Assembly (NCBI RefSeq): GCF_964213995.1
Contig: NC_135810.1
Location: 99,634,001 to 99,698,000, forward strand
Direction: 5' to 3'
DNA: 64,000 nucleotides
Origin: Mustelus asterias
Lineage: Eukaryota
In this document: piece after piece, positions 50,925-63,856 of the stretch
Layout of the letters: every line of letters starts with the position of its first letter
Numbering within the stretch: position 1 is the first letter of the stretch
Notes under the pieces: model-generated
Databases searched by the model: none
Told to the model about the DNA's origin: nothing
The model's input: only the letters and a program-made list of their open reading frames with translations
Program-made: the position numbers and the translations under genes

Positions 50925-51376
50925 ACAAACAAAGAACAAAGAAAAGTACAGCACAGGGACAGGCCCTTCAGCCCTCCAACCCTGCGTCAATCAAGATGCC
51001 TGCCTAAACTAAAACCATATGCACTTACGGAGTCCATGAGTCCATATCCTTCCATTCCTATCCTATTCATGTATTTGTCTAGTTGCCCCTTAAAGATGCT
51101 ATGGTACCTGTTCCCACCACCTCCCCACGCAGCGTGTTCCAGACATTCACCACTCTCTGTGTGAAAAACTTGCCTCGCACATCTCCTCTAAACTTTTCCC
51201 CACGCATCTTAAACCTTTGTCCCCTAGTACTTGACTTTTCTACCTGAGGAAAGAGCATTTGACTATCCACTCTGTCCATGCCACTCATGATCTTGTAAAG
51301 CTCTATCAGGTCACCCCTCAACCTCCATCATTCCAGTGAGAACAAACTGAGTTTATCCAACCTCTCCTCATAGCTA
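50925..51376 (-). mobile_element. CR1 3' fragment
   Basis: ORF 51079-51321 RGDLIELYKIMSG...FFTQRVVNVWN. Confidence 0.95.
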
Positions 51377-53147
51377 ATATAATATAATTGGACAACACTG
51401 TCAGTGTTATTTTGGTAATCCCATGCAGATATGAAACATATTTGTGTGATTACTGCAAACAAAAGCTGGCAAAAAAAACAACAGATAACATGCCAAAAAG
51501 TTACAAAGGCTTGTTAAAAAATTTACAGCCACAGTAAAATAACATTTTATTTATCTGTAAATTACAAATTTTTCTACATTTCATTTGATAATACTGTCTA
51601 GCCTAATAGATCGAACTTCGAAAATGAAGAATTGTGCTGCTTTGAAACCACTGTCTTCATGAATGCACTTATTAAGGTCGGATTCAGAGTGTACAAAGTC
51701 CGGGAGAATATTCCAGATGTTAGGAGACATGCAGCTTAAAAGGATATGAGATAGCACACAGCACAGTTCCAATAGGGATGTGATCAATGGAATGGAAGAT
51801 GAGAGAGAAAGACTGTTGAGAAAGAAATAAAAGACAAGCAGATGTAAATGTAAAGAACTGGACTTTCCATTAAGGGGCAGAGTATTAGCAGATCAAAATT
51901 TGCACCCACCTCCCCAGTTCCACCCCAGCCTTGACCTATTTCTCCAACTCAGCGTTCATTGTCAATGCACGGAGGATTCCTAACTGTCAATAGCCCCGAG
52001 GGAAATGCCAGCAAGAAAGCCTTGACGGAAAATAGGGCCTTCTGTGTACTTGCAGTGGAAGCAAAGGCGGCAAAGCCTTCTCCAACTGAATGGGGGGCCC
52101 CAAAGGCAATTGCCACTACTTTCAAGGGATTTTAGTCTCCGTTTTCTACATCATATCACCCCAGTAATTGAAGTGAATGCCAAAGATCCGCTAGAAATTC
52201 ATCTTCTGCCCCCTCATCACCTTTTGCATGAATCGAACAGGAAAGAAGTGGCCAGTCCCGGTGGAGTAGAAAGAAAACATGGCAATAGCCATCGTCATTG
52301 CCCAAATCTTTCATCGATATCTACCATTATTCAGTCCAATTTCAGATAGGTCCATAACGTAAAATTTAACCCAAACCGTTTATTCAATTGGAATCAAATC
52401 AAGATCAAAGTTAACTAAATGGATCTTATGTTTTTTATTCCATATATATAAATGCATCAGCATCAGACCACACATCCACAAGGTATCCTGATGGAGCAGC
52501 CTGGAAAGACTCCTGCTTCTAGTTTCTATGTTCCTATCTGCTGCAAGTTTAAAGTTCCAACAAATTGTGAGCCCAGTATCAGAGAAGATGCTATGCCCAC
52601 CCCAGTGACACTTGGCAATAGATTGCCGATCTTCTGTCAGGTTCCTGGGCTATCCTGGAATCCCTGATATTTCCAGCAGTCCTTTAATTTGCCAAGAATG
52701 GGTACAGGATCTCTTCTGTGTTTCTTCCACAATTATTGTGCTTTATTTTTTTCCTGGGAAACTGTCTGTGATTTGTGTAAATAAACTGATGTAACCGAGA
52801 CAAGAACTTACGCTATATTTTTATGAAATCTATATTTACAGCTTCCAAAAAAAATTAAAAACTGGACAAAAACTTTAAAAAGGCTGAAGCTACGTCTGCC
52901 TGTAATCCTGAACAGAGATAACGTAGTTATCTCTGAAGGGATGCTAATGATCCTGTGGGCTGCAGAGACCAAATTCAAAGGGAATGACACAAAAGCCATC
53001 TACATTTCATAAGCCAGGTCTGGTCACTGGAGTCCCCTTGTCTGCTAGGACAAAAGATCCTGCAGCATCCCTTCAAATTCTTAATGGTTGGAACATTAAC
53101 AACCTCAGGAACCCACCCTTTATAAAAGCCAATGTGGAGAGATGGGT

Positions 53148-53193
53148 ATGTTGATTTGATTTGATTTATTATTGACACATGTATTAATATACA
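53148..53193 (-). mobile_element. Rex1/Babar extreme 3' tail
   Basis: (TTTGA)n TTTATTATTGACACATGTATT matches the reverse complement of 59950-59990. Confidence 0.7.
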
Positions 53194-53319
53194 TCAAAAT
53201 ATAAAGTTTAAGTTTATTTGAAAACAACTCAACACGACCAGGACCAAGCCAACTTAAAGTTGCAGAGACCATTCACGTACAAGCTGGCATGAATTCAACA
53301 GCCTGCTGCCAATATTGAA

Positions 53320-53496
53320 GATGTGGAGATGCCGGCGTTGGACTGGGGTAAACACAGTAAGAAGTTTAACAACACCAGGTTAAAGTCCAACAGGTTTATT
53401 TGGTAGCAAAAGCCACACAAGCCCTTAAAGCTTGTGTGGCTTTTGCTACCAAATAAACCTGTTGGACTTTAACCTGGTGTTGTTAAACTTCTTACT
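53320..53496. mobile_element. Fold-back mini-element 2
   Basis: Perfect 67-bp arms at 53356-53422 and 53430-53496; TSD CTGCCAATATTGAA. Confidence 0.88.
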
Positions 53497-53926
53497 GCCA
53501 ATATTGAACACAGCTCTCGCAGGAAGCTATTTATTTTTAACAACCTCTGGTTGGGGTTGAAAATAGGCTTGTTTACGGTATTGAGTGGAATACTGTAAGC
53601 CAGTGTTAGAGATCCGGGAATTTTAAATTTAAAGTCATTTGCTCCCAGGAGACATATTCATATTTTTGGTGAACTTTTATACAGGCTAAAGATTTAATTC
53701 ACTCAAATTAGGTTCCACCCACAAAAACTGACCATGTTCCGATTGAAACATAGAAACATCGAAACTAGAAGCAGGAGTAGGCCATTCAGCCCTTCGAGCG
53801 TACTCTACCATTCATTTTGACCATGCCTGATCATTGAATTCAATATCCTGATCCCCCCTTCCCCCCATGTCCCTTGATCTCTTTAGCCCTTAGAGCTATA
53901 TCTAATTTCTTCTTGAAATCAGACAA

Positions 53927-55212
53927 CGAAGAGAGGTTCCGGAGGATTGGAGGAGTGAGGATGTGGTTCCTATATTCAAGAAAGGGAATAGGGATAGCCC
54001 AGGAAATTACCGACCGGTGAGTCTAACCTCAGTGGTTGGTAAGTTGATGGAGAAGATCCTGAGGGACAGGATTTATGAACATTTAGAGAAGTTTAGTATG
54101 CTCAAACGTAGTCAGCACGGCTTTGTCAAAGGCAAATCGTGCCTTACGAGCCTGGTGGAGTTCTTTGAAAATGTGACTAAACACGTTGACGAAGGAAAAG
54201 CGGTAGATGTGGTTTACATAGACTTCAGCAAGGCGTTCGATAAGGTCCCCCATGCAAGACTTCTCGAGAAAGTGAGAGGGCATGGGATCCAAGGGCTGTT
54301 GCCTTGTGGATCCAGAACTGGCTTGCCTGCAGAGGGCAGAGAGTGGTTGTAGATGGGTCTTTTTCTGAATGGAGGTCGGTCACCAGTGGAGTGCCCCAGG
54401 GATCTGTTCTGTGACCCTTGCTGTTTGTCATTTTCATAAATGACCTGGATGAGGAAGTGGAAGGATGGGTTGGTAAGTTTGCCGACGACACGAAGGTTGG
54501 TGGTGTTGTGGATAGTTTGGAGGGATGTCAGAAGCTGCAGCGTGACATAGATAGGATGCAAGACTGGGTGGAGAAGTGGCAGATGGGCTTCAACCCAGAT
54601 AAATGTGTAGTGGTCCATTTTGGCAGGTCAAATGGGATGAAGGAGTATAATATCAAGGGTAAGACTCTTAGCAGTGTAGAGGATCAGAAGGACCTTGGGG
54701 TCTGGGTCCAAAGGACTCTTAAATCAGCCTCGCAGGTAGAGGAGGTGGTTAAGAAGGCGTATGATGTGCTGGTCTTCATCAATCGAGGGATTGAGTTTCG
54801 GAGTCGGGAGATAATAATGCAGCTTTATAAGACTCTCGTCAGACCCCACTTAGAGTACTGTGCTCAGTTCTGGTCGCCTCATTACAGGAAGGGTGTAGAA
54901 ATTACACCCTTTTCCCTTTTCCCCCTCTCTCTCTCTTTCCCCTCTCTCTCTCTTCCCCCGCCCTCTCTCTCTTTTCTTTCTCCCCTCTCTCTCTACCCTT
55001 TCCCCCCTCTCTCTCTCTCTCTTCCTGGAATGCACTGCCAAGCAAGGTGATTGAGGCGGACACGCTGGGATCATTTAAGACTTATCTAGATAACCACATG
55101 AACAGACTGGGAATAGAGGGATACAAAAGAATGGTCTAGTGGGCACATGAGCGGCGCAGGCTTGGAAGGCCGAAGGGCCTGTTCCTGTGCTGTATTGTTC
55201 TTTGTTCTTTGA
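53927..55212 (+). mobile_element. CR1 LINE, RT to 3' end, nested
   Basis: [39 protein letters not shown]; GTTCTTT tail. Confidence 0.97.
54905..55023 (+). repeat. CT-rich (polypyrimidine) low-complexity tract
   Basis: About 120 nt almost entirely C/T with (CT)n runs. Confidence 0.9.
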
Positions 55213-55779
55213 TTTGGCCTCAACTACATTCTGTGGTAGTGAATTCCACACATTCACCACCCTCAGGCTGAAGAAATTTCTCCTCACCTCAGTTCTGAAA
55301 GGTTTACCCCTTATCCTCAAATTATGACCCCTAGTTCTGGACATCTCATTGTTGAACTCAATTCTACTGGAAAAGCTAATTATCCAGCATCAGTTCAGCC
55401 TGCCAATCTGTGAGAAGGAATTCCCCACTGGGACTTTCGATTCTGGACTCTGGACTCAAGTGAAACAATCATTCTTTGCTTTGTGGTCTTTGCCCTGTAA
55501 ATTTTTCCTTCTCTATCCCTCCATCATTGTACGAATGCACCGGCGGCTATGCGGTGACACCTCACCCCCTTCATTTTGAGTGTGCGCCAATGAACTAACC
55601 CTCTTAGTTTACCCTATCTCGGGTTTGCTGTGGGGTTATTAATACAATTGGATTGCACCAAAACTAATGAGTTGAAAAATATACCACTTCTTATAAAGGA
55701 GGAAACCAAAATCAAATCACCTCTCTGCTTAGGGCCGGGTGACAAATAATTCCCCTCCTGTTTGTAACAGCGTCGACGG

Positions 55780-56422
55780 TCAGTAAGGTAGTGAAGAAAG
55801 CATGTGGCATGCTTGCCTTCATCAGATGGAGCATTGAGTATAAAAGTTGGCAAATTATGTTCCTGTTATATAAATGTTGGTTAGGACACATTTGGAATAC
55901 TGTGTCCAATTCTGGTCACCACACTACCAGAAGAACATGGATGCTTTGGAGAGAGTACAGAAAAGGTTTACCAGGACGTTGCCTGGTATGGAGGGTATTA
56001 GCTATGAGGAGAGATTGAATAAACTGGGATTCTTTTTCCAAGGAAAGACCAAGCCTGAGGGGTGACCTGAAAGAAGTTTATAAAATTGTGAGGGGTATGG
56101 ATAGGGTGAACAGTAGGAAGCTTTTTCCCAGGGCAGAAATGACAATTACAAGGGGGCACAAGTTCAAGGTAAGAGGTGAAAGGTTCAGTGGAGATGTGCG
56201 GGGGAAGTTTTTTTTACACAGAGAGCGGTGGGGGCCTGGAATGCACTGCCAAGTGAGGTGGTTGAGGTAGATATGTAAGCGACATTTAAGACTTATTTGG
56301 ATAGACACATGAACAGATGGGGAATAGAGGGATAAAAACAGTTTGTCTAGATAGGACAATGTGATCGGCGCAGGCTCGGAGGGCCGATGGGCTTGTTCCT
56401 GTGCTGTAGTGATCTTTGTTCT
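55780..56422 (+). mobile_element. CR1 3' fragment
   Basis: LVRTHLEYCVQFWSPHYQKNMDALERVQKRFT. Confidence 0.95.
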
Positions 56423-57304
56423 AATATCACTCAGTGCAATTTGTATCTTGGCTCTTCACAATTTTTCACTTTGCTCTTTGGCTGTTGAAATTTTAACTGG
56501 CATACAAAAAGCTAATCACCGTATTTATTGCTTAATCATGGCCTCTTCTTCTATATTTACTGTGGTTAAGGGTAAAATTACTGTCCTCCTGATAAACATG
56601 CCAGTAAATGACAAAAACGTTGTCTCAAACAACTGCAGTAGTGTACAGCTGTGATTACCAAATGCCGACTGGAAAACCTATTTTGCCTCAAGAAATAATA
56701 AACGGACAGCAAAGTCTTTGAAGTGCAGATTTTCTTTGATCAAATCAAAGACTCAGTAGGGGAAGCAGCATACTGCTCACTAGACAGTTGGGCCACAATG
56801 TTCCACTGCTGGGAAACCAGTGCCTCAGCATAGTGGCTTACTTAGATTCCTTGCAGGTCCAAACACGGGATTATTTCTCCCCCGACATTTCCATGAACTT
56901 TCCTCCCAGGCACTAGATTCAAAGGGCCTGCAGCCTTTGACCTTTAAACTGCTCTACCCCATGGAGATACGACGTGTGAATCCTTTCAGTAAGATTTCAG
57001 GCTGTAACAAGAAGTTATCTTTCGATGCAATGGATAATCATTCTTGAACTTTTTGGCGACTGGAGCTGTCTAAAAACAAAAAAGTTGCCCATATTTATTA
57101 TACTGCTCCATGCGGCGCAAAAACATTTTCAAATAAACCTCCATGAAGATGATAGATGTCCATATCACTGCAATAATTTATAATGAAAATGCCAGGCTGT
57201 TTCTTATATGGTATCAATATCTTATGTCCCAATAAACTGTTAGATTATTAGTTGAAATATTCGGATTACCATTTATTTGTGCTGCTAACTTTATCCAATT
57301 TATG

Positions 57305-57426
57305 TGCTGGACTTTTACCGCCTCTCCCGCCCGAGGCTCATAAGATCCTGTCTAAGGCCAACGGTGAATGCCGTTCTGCAAGCCTCGCCCGCCCCGATTC
57401 CGGGACATGCCGGTAAAATTCCAGCC
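57305..57426 (-). mobile_element. MITE related to family A
   Basis: GCTGGACTTTTACC...GGTAAAATTCCAGCC; TSD ATG. Confidence 0.75.
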
Positions 57427-57930
57427 ATGGTGTCATTTCCCTACGTCAAATAAATGTACTTACCAATGGGTTCTGGGAACTAAGTTTCATTAAATAATAC
57501 TTAATTAATGTTACTTGATTAGTCACAAAGTAAGATAGTTATGGTTGTCAATCATCTCAGTCCAGGGACATCACTGCAGGGGTTTCTCAGGGTAATGTCC
57601 AAGGCTCACCAGTGTCCTGCCCATCAGACAGTCAGAAGTGGAGATGTTCACTGATGATTGCACAATGTTCATGGCTCCTCCGACACTGAAGCAATCCATG
57701 TCTATATGCAGCAAGACCCAGACAATATCCAAGCTTGGGCTGACAACTGGCAAGTATCATTCACAACACACAGGTGCCAGGCAATGACCATCTCCAACAA
57801 GAGAGAATCTAACCATCTCCCCCTGACATTAAATCACATTACCATTGCTGAATTCCCCACATCCTTAAGATTACCAATGACCAGAAAATGAACTGGACAA
57901 GCCATCTAAATACTGTGGCTACAACAGCAG

Positions 57931-58016
57931 AGTAAGAGTTTTAACAACACCGGGTTAAAGTGTTGTTAAAACTCTTACTGTGTTTACCCCAGTCCAATGC
58001 CGGCATCTCCACATCA
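57931..58016. mobile_element. Fold-back mini-element 3 (opposite orientation)
   Basis: 20-bp arms at 57931-57950 and 57960-57979; TSD TGGCTACAACAGCAG. Confidence 0.85.
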
Positions 58017-58282
58017 TGGCTACAACAGCAGGTCAGAGACTGAGAATTCTGTGGATAGTAACTCAACTCCTGACTCCCCAAAGCCTGTTCACCATCTATA
58101 AGGCAGAAGTCTGGAGAGTAATTGAATACTCTCCACTTGCCTGGATGAGTGCAACTCCAACAACACTCAAGAAGCTCAACACCATCCAAGACAAAGCAAC
58201 TCACTTCATTGGCACCCCATCCATCAACTTAAGCATTCACCCCCTGTACCACCAATGCACAGTGGCAACAGTGTGCACCATA

Positions 58283-58608
58283 GGGCAGCACGGTGGCACA
58301 GTGGCTAGCACTGCTGCCTCACAGTGCCAGCGACCTGGGTTCGATTCCCAGCTTGGGTCACTGTCTGTGTGGAATTTGCATTCTCCCAGTGTCTGCATGG
58401 GTTTCATCCAGATGCTCCGGTTTCCTCCTGCAGTCCAAAGATGTGCGGGTTAGGCGGATTGGCCATTCTAAATCGCCCCTTAGTGTCAGGGGGATGAGCC
58501 AGGGTAAATGCATAGGGTTATGGGTGTAGGTGGGATTGCGGTCAATGCAGACTCGATGGGCTGAATGGCCGCCTTCTGCACTGTATGATTCTATGATACT
58601 CTATGATT
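58283..58608 (+). mobile_element. HE1 SINE
   Basis: Full-length; ATTCTATGA tail. Confidence 0.92.
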
Positions 58609-58815
58609 TACAAGATGCACTGTAGCAACTCAACAAGGCTCCTTTGACAGCACCTTCCAAACCCGTGACCTCTACCACTTAGAAGGACAAGGGCAGCAGA
58701 TACCTGGGGACAACAGCATCTGGAAGTTCCACTCCAAGCCACATATCATTCTGACTTGGAACTATATTGCCATTCGTCCGCTGTCACTGGGCCAAGATCC
58801 TGGAACTCCCTTCCT

Positions 58816-59997
58816 GTCAGAACTCCCGGACTACCTGGATCCATTACAGTTTGCCTACTGCTGCAACAGGTCCACAGCAGACGCCATTTCCCTGGCCCTG
58901 CACTCAACCCTGGAACACCTAGATAACAAGGACACCTATGTCAGACTCCTATTTATTGACTACAGCTCAGCCTTCAACACTATTATTCCCACGAAATTCA
59001 TCTCCAAACTCTGTGACCTGAGCCTCGGCACCTCCCTATGTGACTGGATCCTGAACTTCCTAACTCACAGACCACAATCAGTAAGGTCACAACACCTCCT
59101 CCACAATCATCCTCAACGCTGGTGCCCCACAAGTCTGTGTTCTCAGCCCCCTGCTGTATTCCTTATACACCTATGACTGTGTGGCCAAATTCCCCTCCAA
59201 TTCGATTTTCAAGTTTGCTGACGACATCACCGTAGTGGGTCAGATCTCAAACAATGACGAGACAAAGTACAGGAATGAGATAGAGAACCTGGTGAACTGG
59301 TGCGGCAACAATAATCTCTCCCTCAATGGGAAGAAGTAGAAAGGGTCGAGAGCTTCAAGTTCTTAGGTGTCCAGATCACCAACAACCTGTCCTGGTGCCC
59401 CCATGCCAACACTATAGTTAAGAAAGCCCACCAACGCCTCTACTTTCTCAGAAGACTAAGGAAATTTGGCATGTCAGCTACGACTCTCACCAACTTTTAC
59501 AGATGCACCATAGAAAGCATTCTTTCTGGTTGTATCACAGCTTGGTATGTCTCCTGCTCTGCCCAAGACCGCAAGGAACTACAACAAGTCGTGAATGTAG
59601 CCTAATCCATCACGCAAACCAGCCTCCCATCCACTGACTCTGTCGATAGCTCCCGCTGCTTCGCAAAGCAGCCAGCATAATTAAGGACCCCATGCACCCC
59701 AGACATTCTCTCTTCCACTTTCTTCCTTCGGGGAAAAGATACAAAAGTCTGAGGCCATGTACCAACCGACTCAAGAACAGCTTCTTCCCTGCTGCTGTCA
59801 GACTTTAAATGGACCTACCTTGCATTAAGTTGATTATTCTCTACACCCTAGCTATGACTTTAACACTACATTCTGCACTCTCTCATTTCCTTCTCTATGA
59901 TTGGTATGCTTTGTCTGTATAGCGCTCAAGAAACAATACTTTTCAGTGTATACTAATACATGTCACAATAATAAATCAAATCAAAAATCAAAAAATC
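58816..59997 (+). mobile_element. Rex1/Babar-clade LINE, 5'-truncated
   Basis: [21 protein letters not shown]...[51 protein letters not shown]; (AATCA)n tail. Confidence 0.92.
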
Positions 59998-61479
59998 ACT
60001 GAGGGTGTCTCTACATCACATGGACTGCAGGGAGGGGATCACCACAACTTTCTCAAGGGCAATAAATGCTGGTCTGGCCAGCAATGCCTGCATCTCATGA
60101 ACAAATAAATAAAAAAACTTAATAGCTTGATTGAAATTCTGTCAGTGAGGCTAGCCACAATTATTTCACTCTGTAATAACACACATGTTCAAGTTCACGA
60201 GTCACTGTGAGCATTTATTCTTCGGCTGTAGAAAATATCAAGGATTGCAGGAAGGAGGTAAGACAGACAATTCATGATGCTCATGATCATCTCTTGGCTG
60301 ATTCACGGATGGTGTACAGAAGCTACGAATAAATTGCCAATCTGTCCTATTGGTCGGAGGCACAGGTGATGGGATAATGTTGTGGGGTGGGGGGGGGAAT
60401 TGTTTAACAACAGTGAATTGAGGATGTATTACAATAATGTCATTTTGAGACACTTTTGTTTGTTATCAATGGAAAGAGGTGGTTATCACACAAGAGGTAT
60501 GGGCAGGATGTTGCAGTCACACAAGTGGCTGATGGAAAATGTGGAACAATGTAGCGCTTTGTCACTGTAAGCCCTGAAATGCGACTAATATGACAATGAA
60601 TCTGCCATAAGTCTTTTTAATGATAGGCTTGCCTGCAGCATAACAGTTTAGAACAGTCACAGGCCTCAACTATGAACTCCACTCTACTTCTGAGGTATGT
60701 AAAATATAGGTTACATCCAGTGAGCCGCAGCATATGCGGAAAAGTGGAAGAATGCGCTCACCAATATGCAGTCAAACAAAAACAGACTATTTATCTATAT
60801 GAAGGCTTGTGTCAAAACTTAACTGAAGTGAATATCCAGCTTAGATTACTTTTTTAGAATTTCAAGGCAGATTTGAAATTCAACACTCGGTACCAGTCAA
60901 ACCGCAACTGAATGAATGAATGCCTTGTTTGTAATAACCAACGAACTCTCCACTATTACTGTAAGCCATAAGTCAGATTATGATAAAGTGGAAAAAGGAC
61001 AATAAGGAATTGTCTTGGTTTGCGATCAGACTCAAAACTATATGTTATGCATGCATTAAGGGATAATTAGTTGGGATTTAACAATAAAACGACAGTAACT
61101 GCGATAATGTTCTAACCTAACCTAAATCAGATACTGAAACAGAAAATGTATCTGGCTGCACGGTTTGGGAATGTCAATTATAATTGAATCATTATAAAAT
61201 GTTTATTCAGATTGCAACCAGTTTCTTGGCAAAGAATGAAGGGAAATAGGTCCAGAGTGAAAATTACTACTTCTATAAGCCCAGATTTTTCTCTTTAAAT
61301 ATAATAGTGAGGCTAACAGTGTTCATCCTTCCTATGGAGTGAATTAGACAGAGACAACCAGCAATCACAAATACCAGAAATTTACTGTCAAATAAAAGGG
61401 CAAATTTCACTTTACATTGTCCATACAACATATATACATCTTACACAACCACAAGCACCCACCTCACTCCCCATAGGCA

Positions 61480-62925
61480 ACATGTGGCAATGAAGTGGGC
61501 TGCTTTGTTCTGGATGGTGTTGACTGTTTTTTAGATCCACAATCATCGAGGCAAGTGAAGAGTATTCAATCACACTCCTGACTTGCACCCTGTAGTTTGT
61601 GGACAGGCTTTGGGGAGTCAAGTGATGAGTTACTCGCTGCAGCATTTGCAGCCTCTGACCTGTTCATACAGCCATAGCATTTATATGGCAAGTTCAAATG
61701 CAAGTATCAATGCGAAGTGATGCATTTTGGTAGAACTAACGTAGGGGGGAGCTATACGATAAATGGCAGAACCATAAAGGGTGTAGATACGCAGAGGGAC
61801 CTGAGTGTGCAAGTCCACAGATCCTTGAAGGTGACGTCACAGGTGGAGAAGGTAGTGAATAAGGCATATGACATGCTTGCCTTTATAGGACGGGGCATAG
61901 AGTATAAAAGTTGGGGTCTGATGTTGCAGATGTATAGAACGTTGGTTCGGCCACATTTGGAGTACTGCGTCCAGTTCTGATCGCCACACTACCAGAAGGA
62001 CGTGGAGGCTTTAGAGAGAGTGCAGAGGAGGTTTACCAGGATGTTGCCTGGTATGGAAGGGCTTAGTTATGAGGAGAGATTGGGTAAACTGGGGTTGTTC
62101 TCACTGGAAAGACGGAGGATGAGGGGTGACCTAATAGAGGTGTACAAAATTATGAAAGGTATAGATAGGGTGAACGGTGGGAAGCTTTTTCCCAGGTCGG
62201 TGGTGATGTTCACGAGGGGTCATAGATTCAAGGTGATGGGGGGGGGAGGTTTAACACGGATATCAAAAGGACGTATTTTACACAGAGGGTGGTGGGGGCC
62301 TGGAATGCGCTGCCGGGCAAGGTAGTGGAGGCAGACACACTGGGAATGTTTAAGACTTACCTAGAAAGCCACATGAATGGAGTGGGAATGGAGGGATGTA
62401 AAAGAATGGTCTAGTTTGGACCAGGGAGCGGCGCGGGCTTGGAGGGCCGAAGGGCCTGTTCCTGGGCTGTATTGTTCTTTGTTCTTTGTTCAGTTTTGTT
62501 GCTGGTAATTGGTAACCCCCAGGATTTTAATGGCAGGGGAATCAGCAATTACATTGACATTGAATTTCAATGAGAGATGGCTTGATTCTCTCTTGTTGGA
62601 GGTGTTCATTGTCTGGCACTTGAGTGGTGTGGATGTTATGTGTCACTTATCAACCCAAGCCTGAATTTTATCAAGACCATGCTGCATTTTGGAATGGACT
62701 GTTTGATGATCTGAAGAGTTACATATGGAACTGAACACTGTGCAATCATCAGTGAACATTCCCATTTCTGACCTTATGATGGAGGGCAGGTTATTAATAA
62801 AGCAGCCAAAGATAGTTGGGTGCAGTACACGACCATAAGGAATGCCTGCAATGATGTTTTGGGACTGAGGTGATTGCTCTCTAACAATCACAGCCATCTT
62901 CCTTTCCTGGTATATATGTCTCCAG
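61480..62925 (-). mobile_element. LINE-B fragment split by CR1
   Basis: PQSLSTNYRVQVRSVIEYS (61412-61645 ORF) and FINNLPSIIRSEMGMFTDD (62643-63179 ORF). Confidence 0.85.
61708..62492 (+). mobile_element. CR1 3' fragment, nested
   Basis: ORFs 61717 and 62002 (LEYCVQF, ERVQRRFTRMLPG); GTTCTTT tail. Confidence 0.95.
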
Positions 62926-63856
62926 TCAGTGGAAAGTTTTTCTCTAATTCTTATTGACTTGCAGGCAATGGACCAAAGTTTGTTTTCAATCAGTCCACAG
63001 AATTGCTGGCAAGTTGCAGAAGTGACCAATATCAGACACCACGACACAACCCACCATCGAGCAATGTCGAACAATGTAACAGGGTGATAATGGACAGTCT
63101 GAGAGCTATATGTCAGAGTGGGAAATGATTGAACAATCCATTCATTTTCCAACTTCACACATCTTAATCCATCCCACACTCTGAAAGAGGAAGTTGCGGA
63201 TGCTTCCGCATGCTGAGCTTTGATGGGGAACAGTATAGTTTGCCATTGCCTTTACAATGTACCTGGTAGCTTGGAAGCAACCTTGTGTCTCTGCTTACAC
63301 TACGTGTGCTTGTCTTCTATAACAAAGAGAGGAACATGCTTCAATCCTAGCCAGAGAATGATAGAGGAGGCGTCCAACAAAACATCTCAACATTACCCAG
63401 CAACACAATATTGTCTAACATGTATGTGGACATGTGAAACCAGGTTTGTCTTTTATTATTATCAAAATGATCAATACACTTCTGAGAGATGAATACCTGA
63501 TTGAGTTTAATGTGCCACACTCTGTCGGGCAAAAAAGTACTTCCTAAAACCAATTGTGGCATGTCTAATAGTGATTCTTGTTGCGGTTTTATTTGTAAGC
63601 ATTTTTTAAAGCAAATAATAATTTGATAGAAGCCTTTTTTCAGGAAACTGATGAGGATTCCTGTCAATTCATTTTACCATGGGTACCCCAGCTAAGCAAC
63701 AATAAAAGGCAAATGTAAAGCCCCAGTAGCTGTAGCTATATATCAGTTTTCTTTTTCTTTTTTCCTTTTCCCCATGTTTCCAATTCCAATTCTCTTCCCA
63801 CACCTAGCGATGCACTAAGTGATCAGAATGGGTGAAATTTTATGAGATTGATTCTA

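Larger units (their letters stand above)
53746..55345 (-). mobile_element. CR1 3' fragment (same subfamily as 41609-42052), split by an opposite-strand CR1
   Basis: 53746-53926 and 55213-55345 rejoin to AAATCAGACAAC..TTTGGCCTCAACTAC. Confidence 0.9.
57530..60115 (+). mobile_element. LINE-B 3' portion hosting three nested insertions
   Basis: MFTDD-type RT motif at about 57645, PQSLFTIYKAEV, and tail GGGCAATAAATGCTGG at about 60057-60115. Confidence 0.88.

Noticed and set aside
53320-53496. Fold-back elements as classical MITEs or miRNA genes
   Set aside because: The inverted repeat is not terminal on both sides, arm length varies, and TSDs are long and variable, which fits target-primed retrotransposition; there is no expression evidence for a miRNA.
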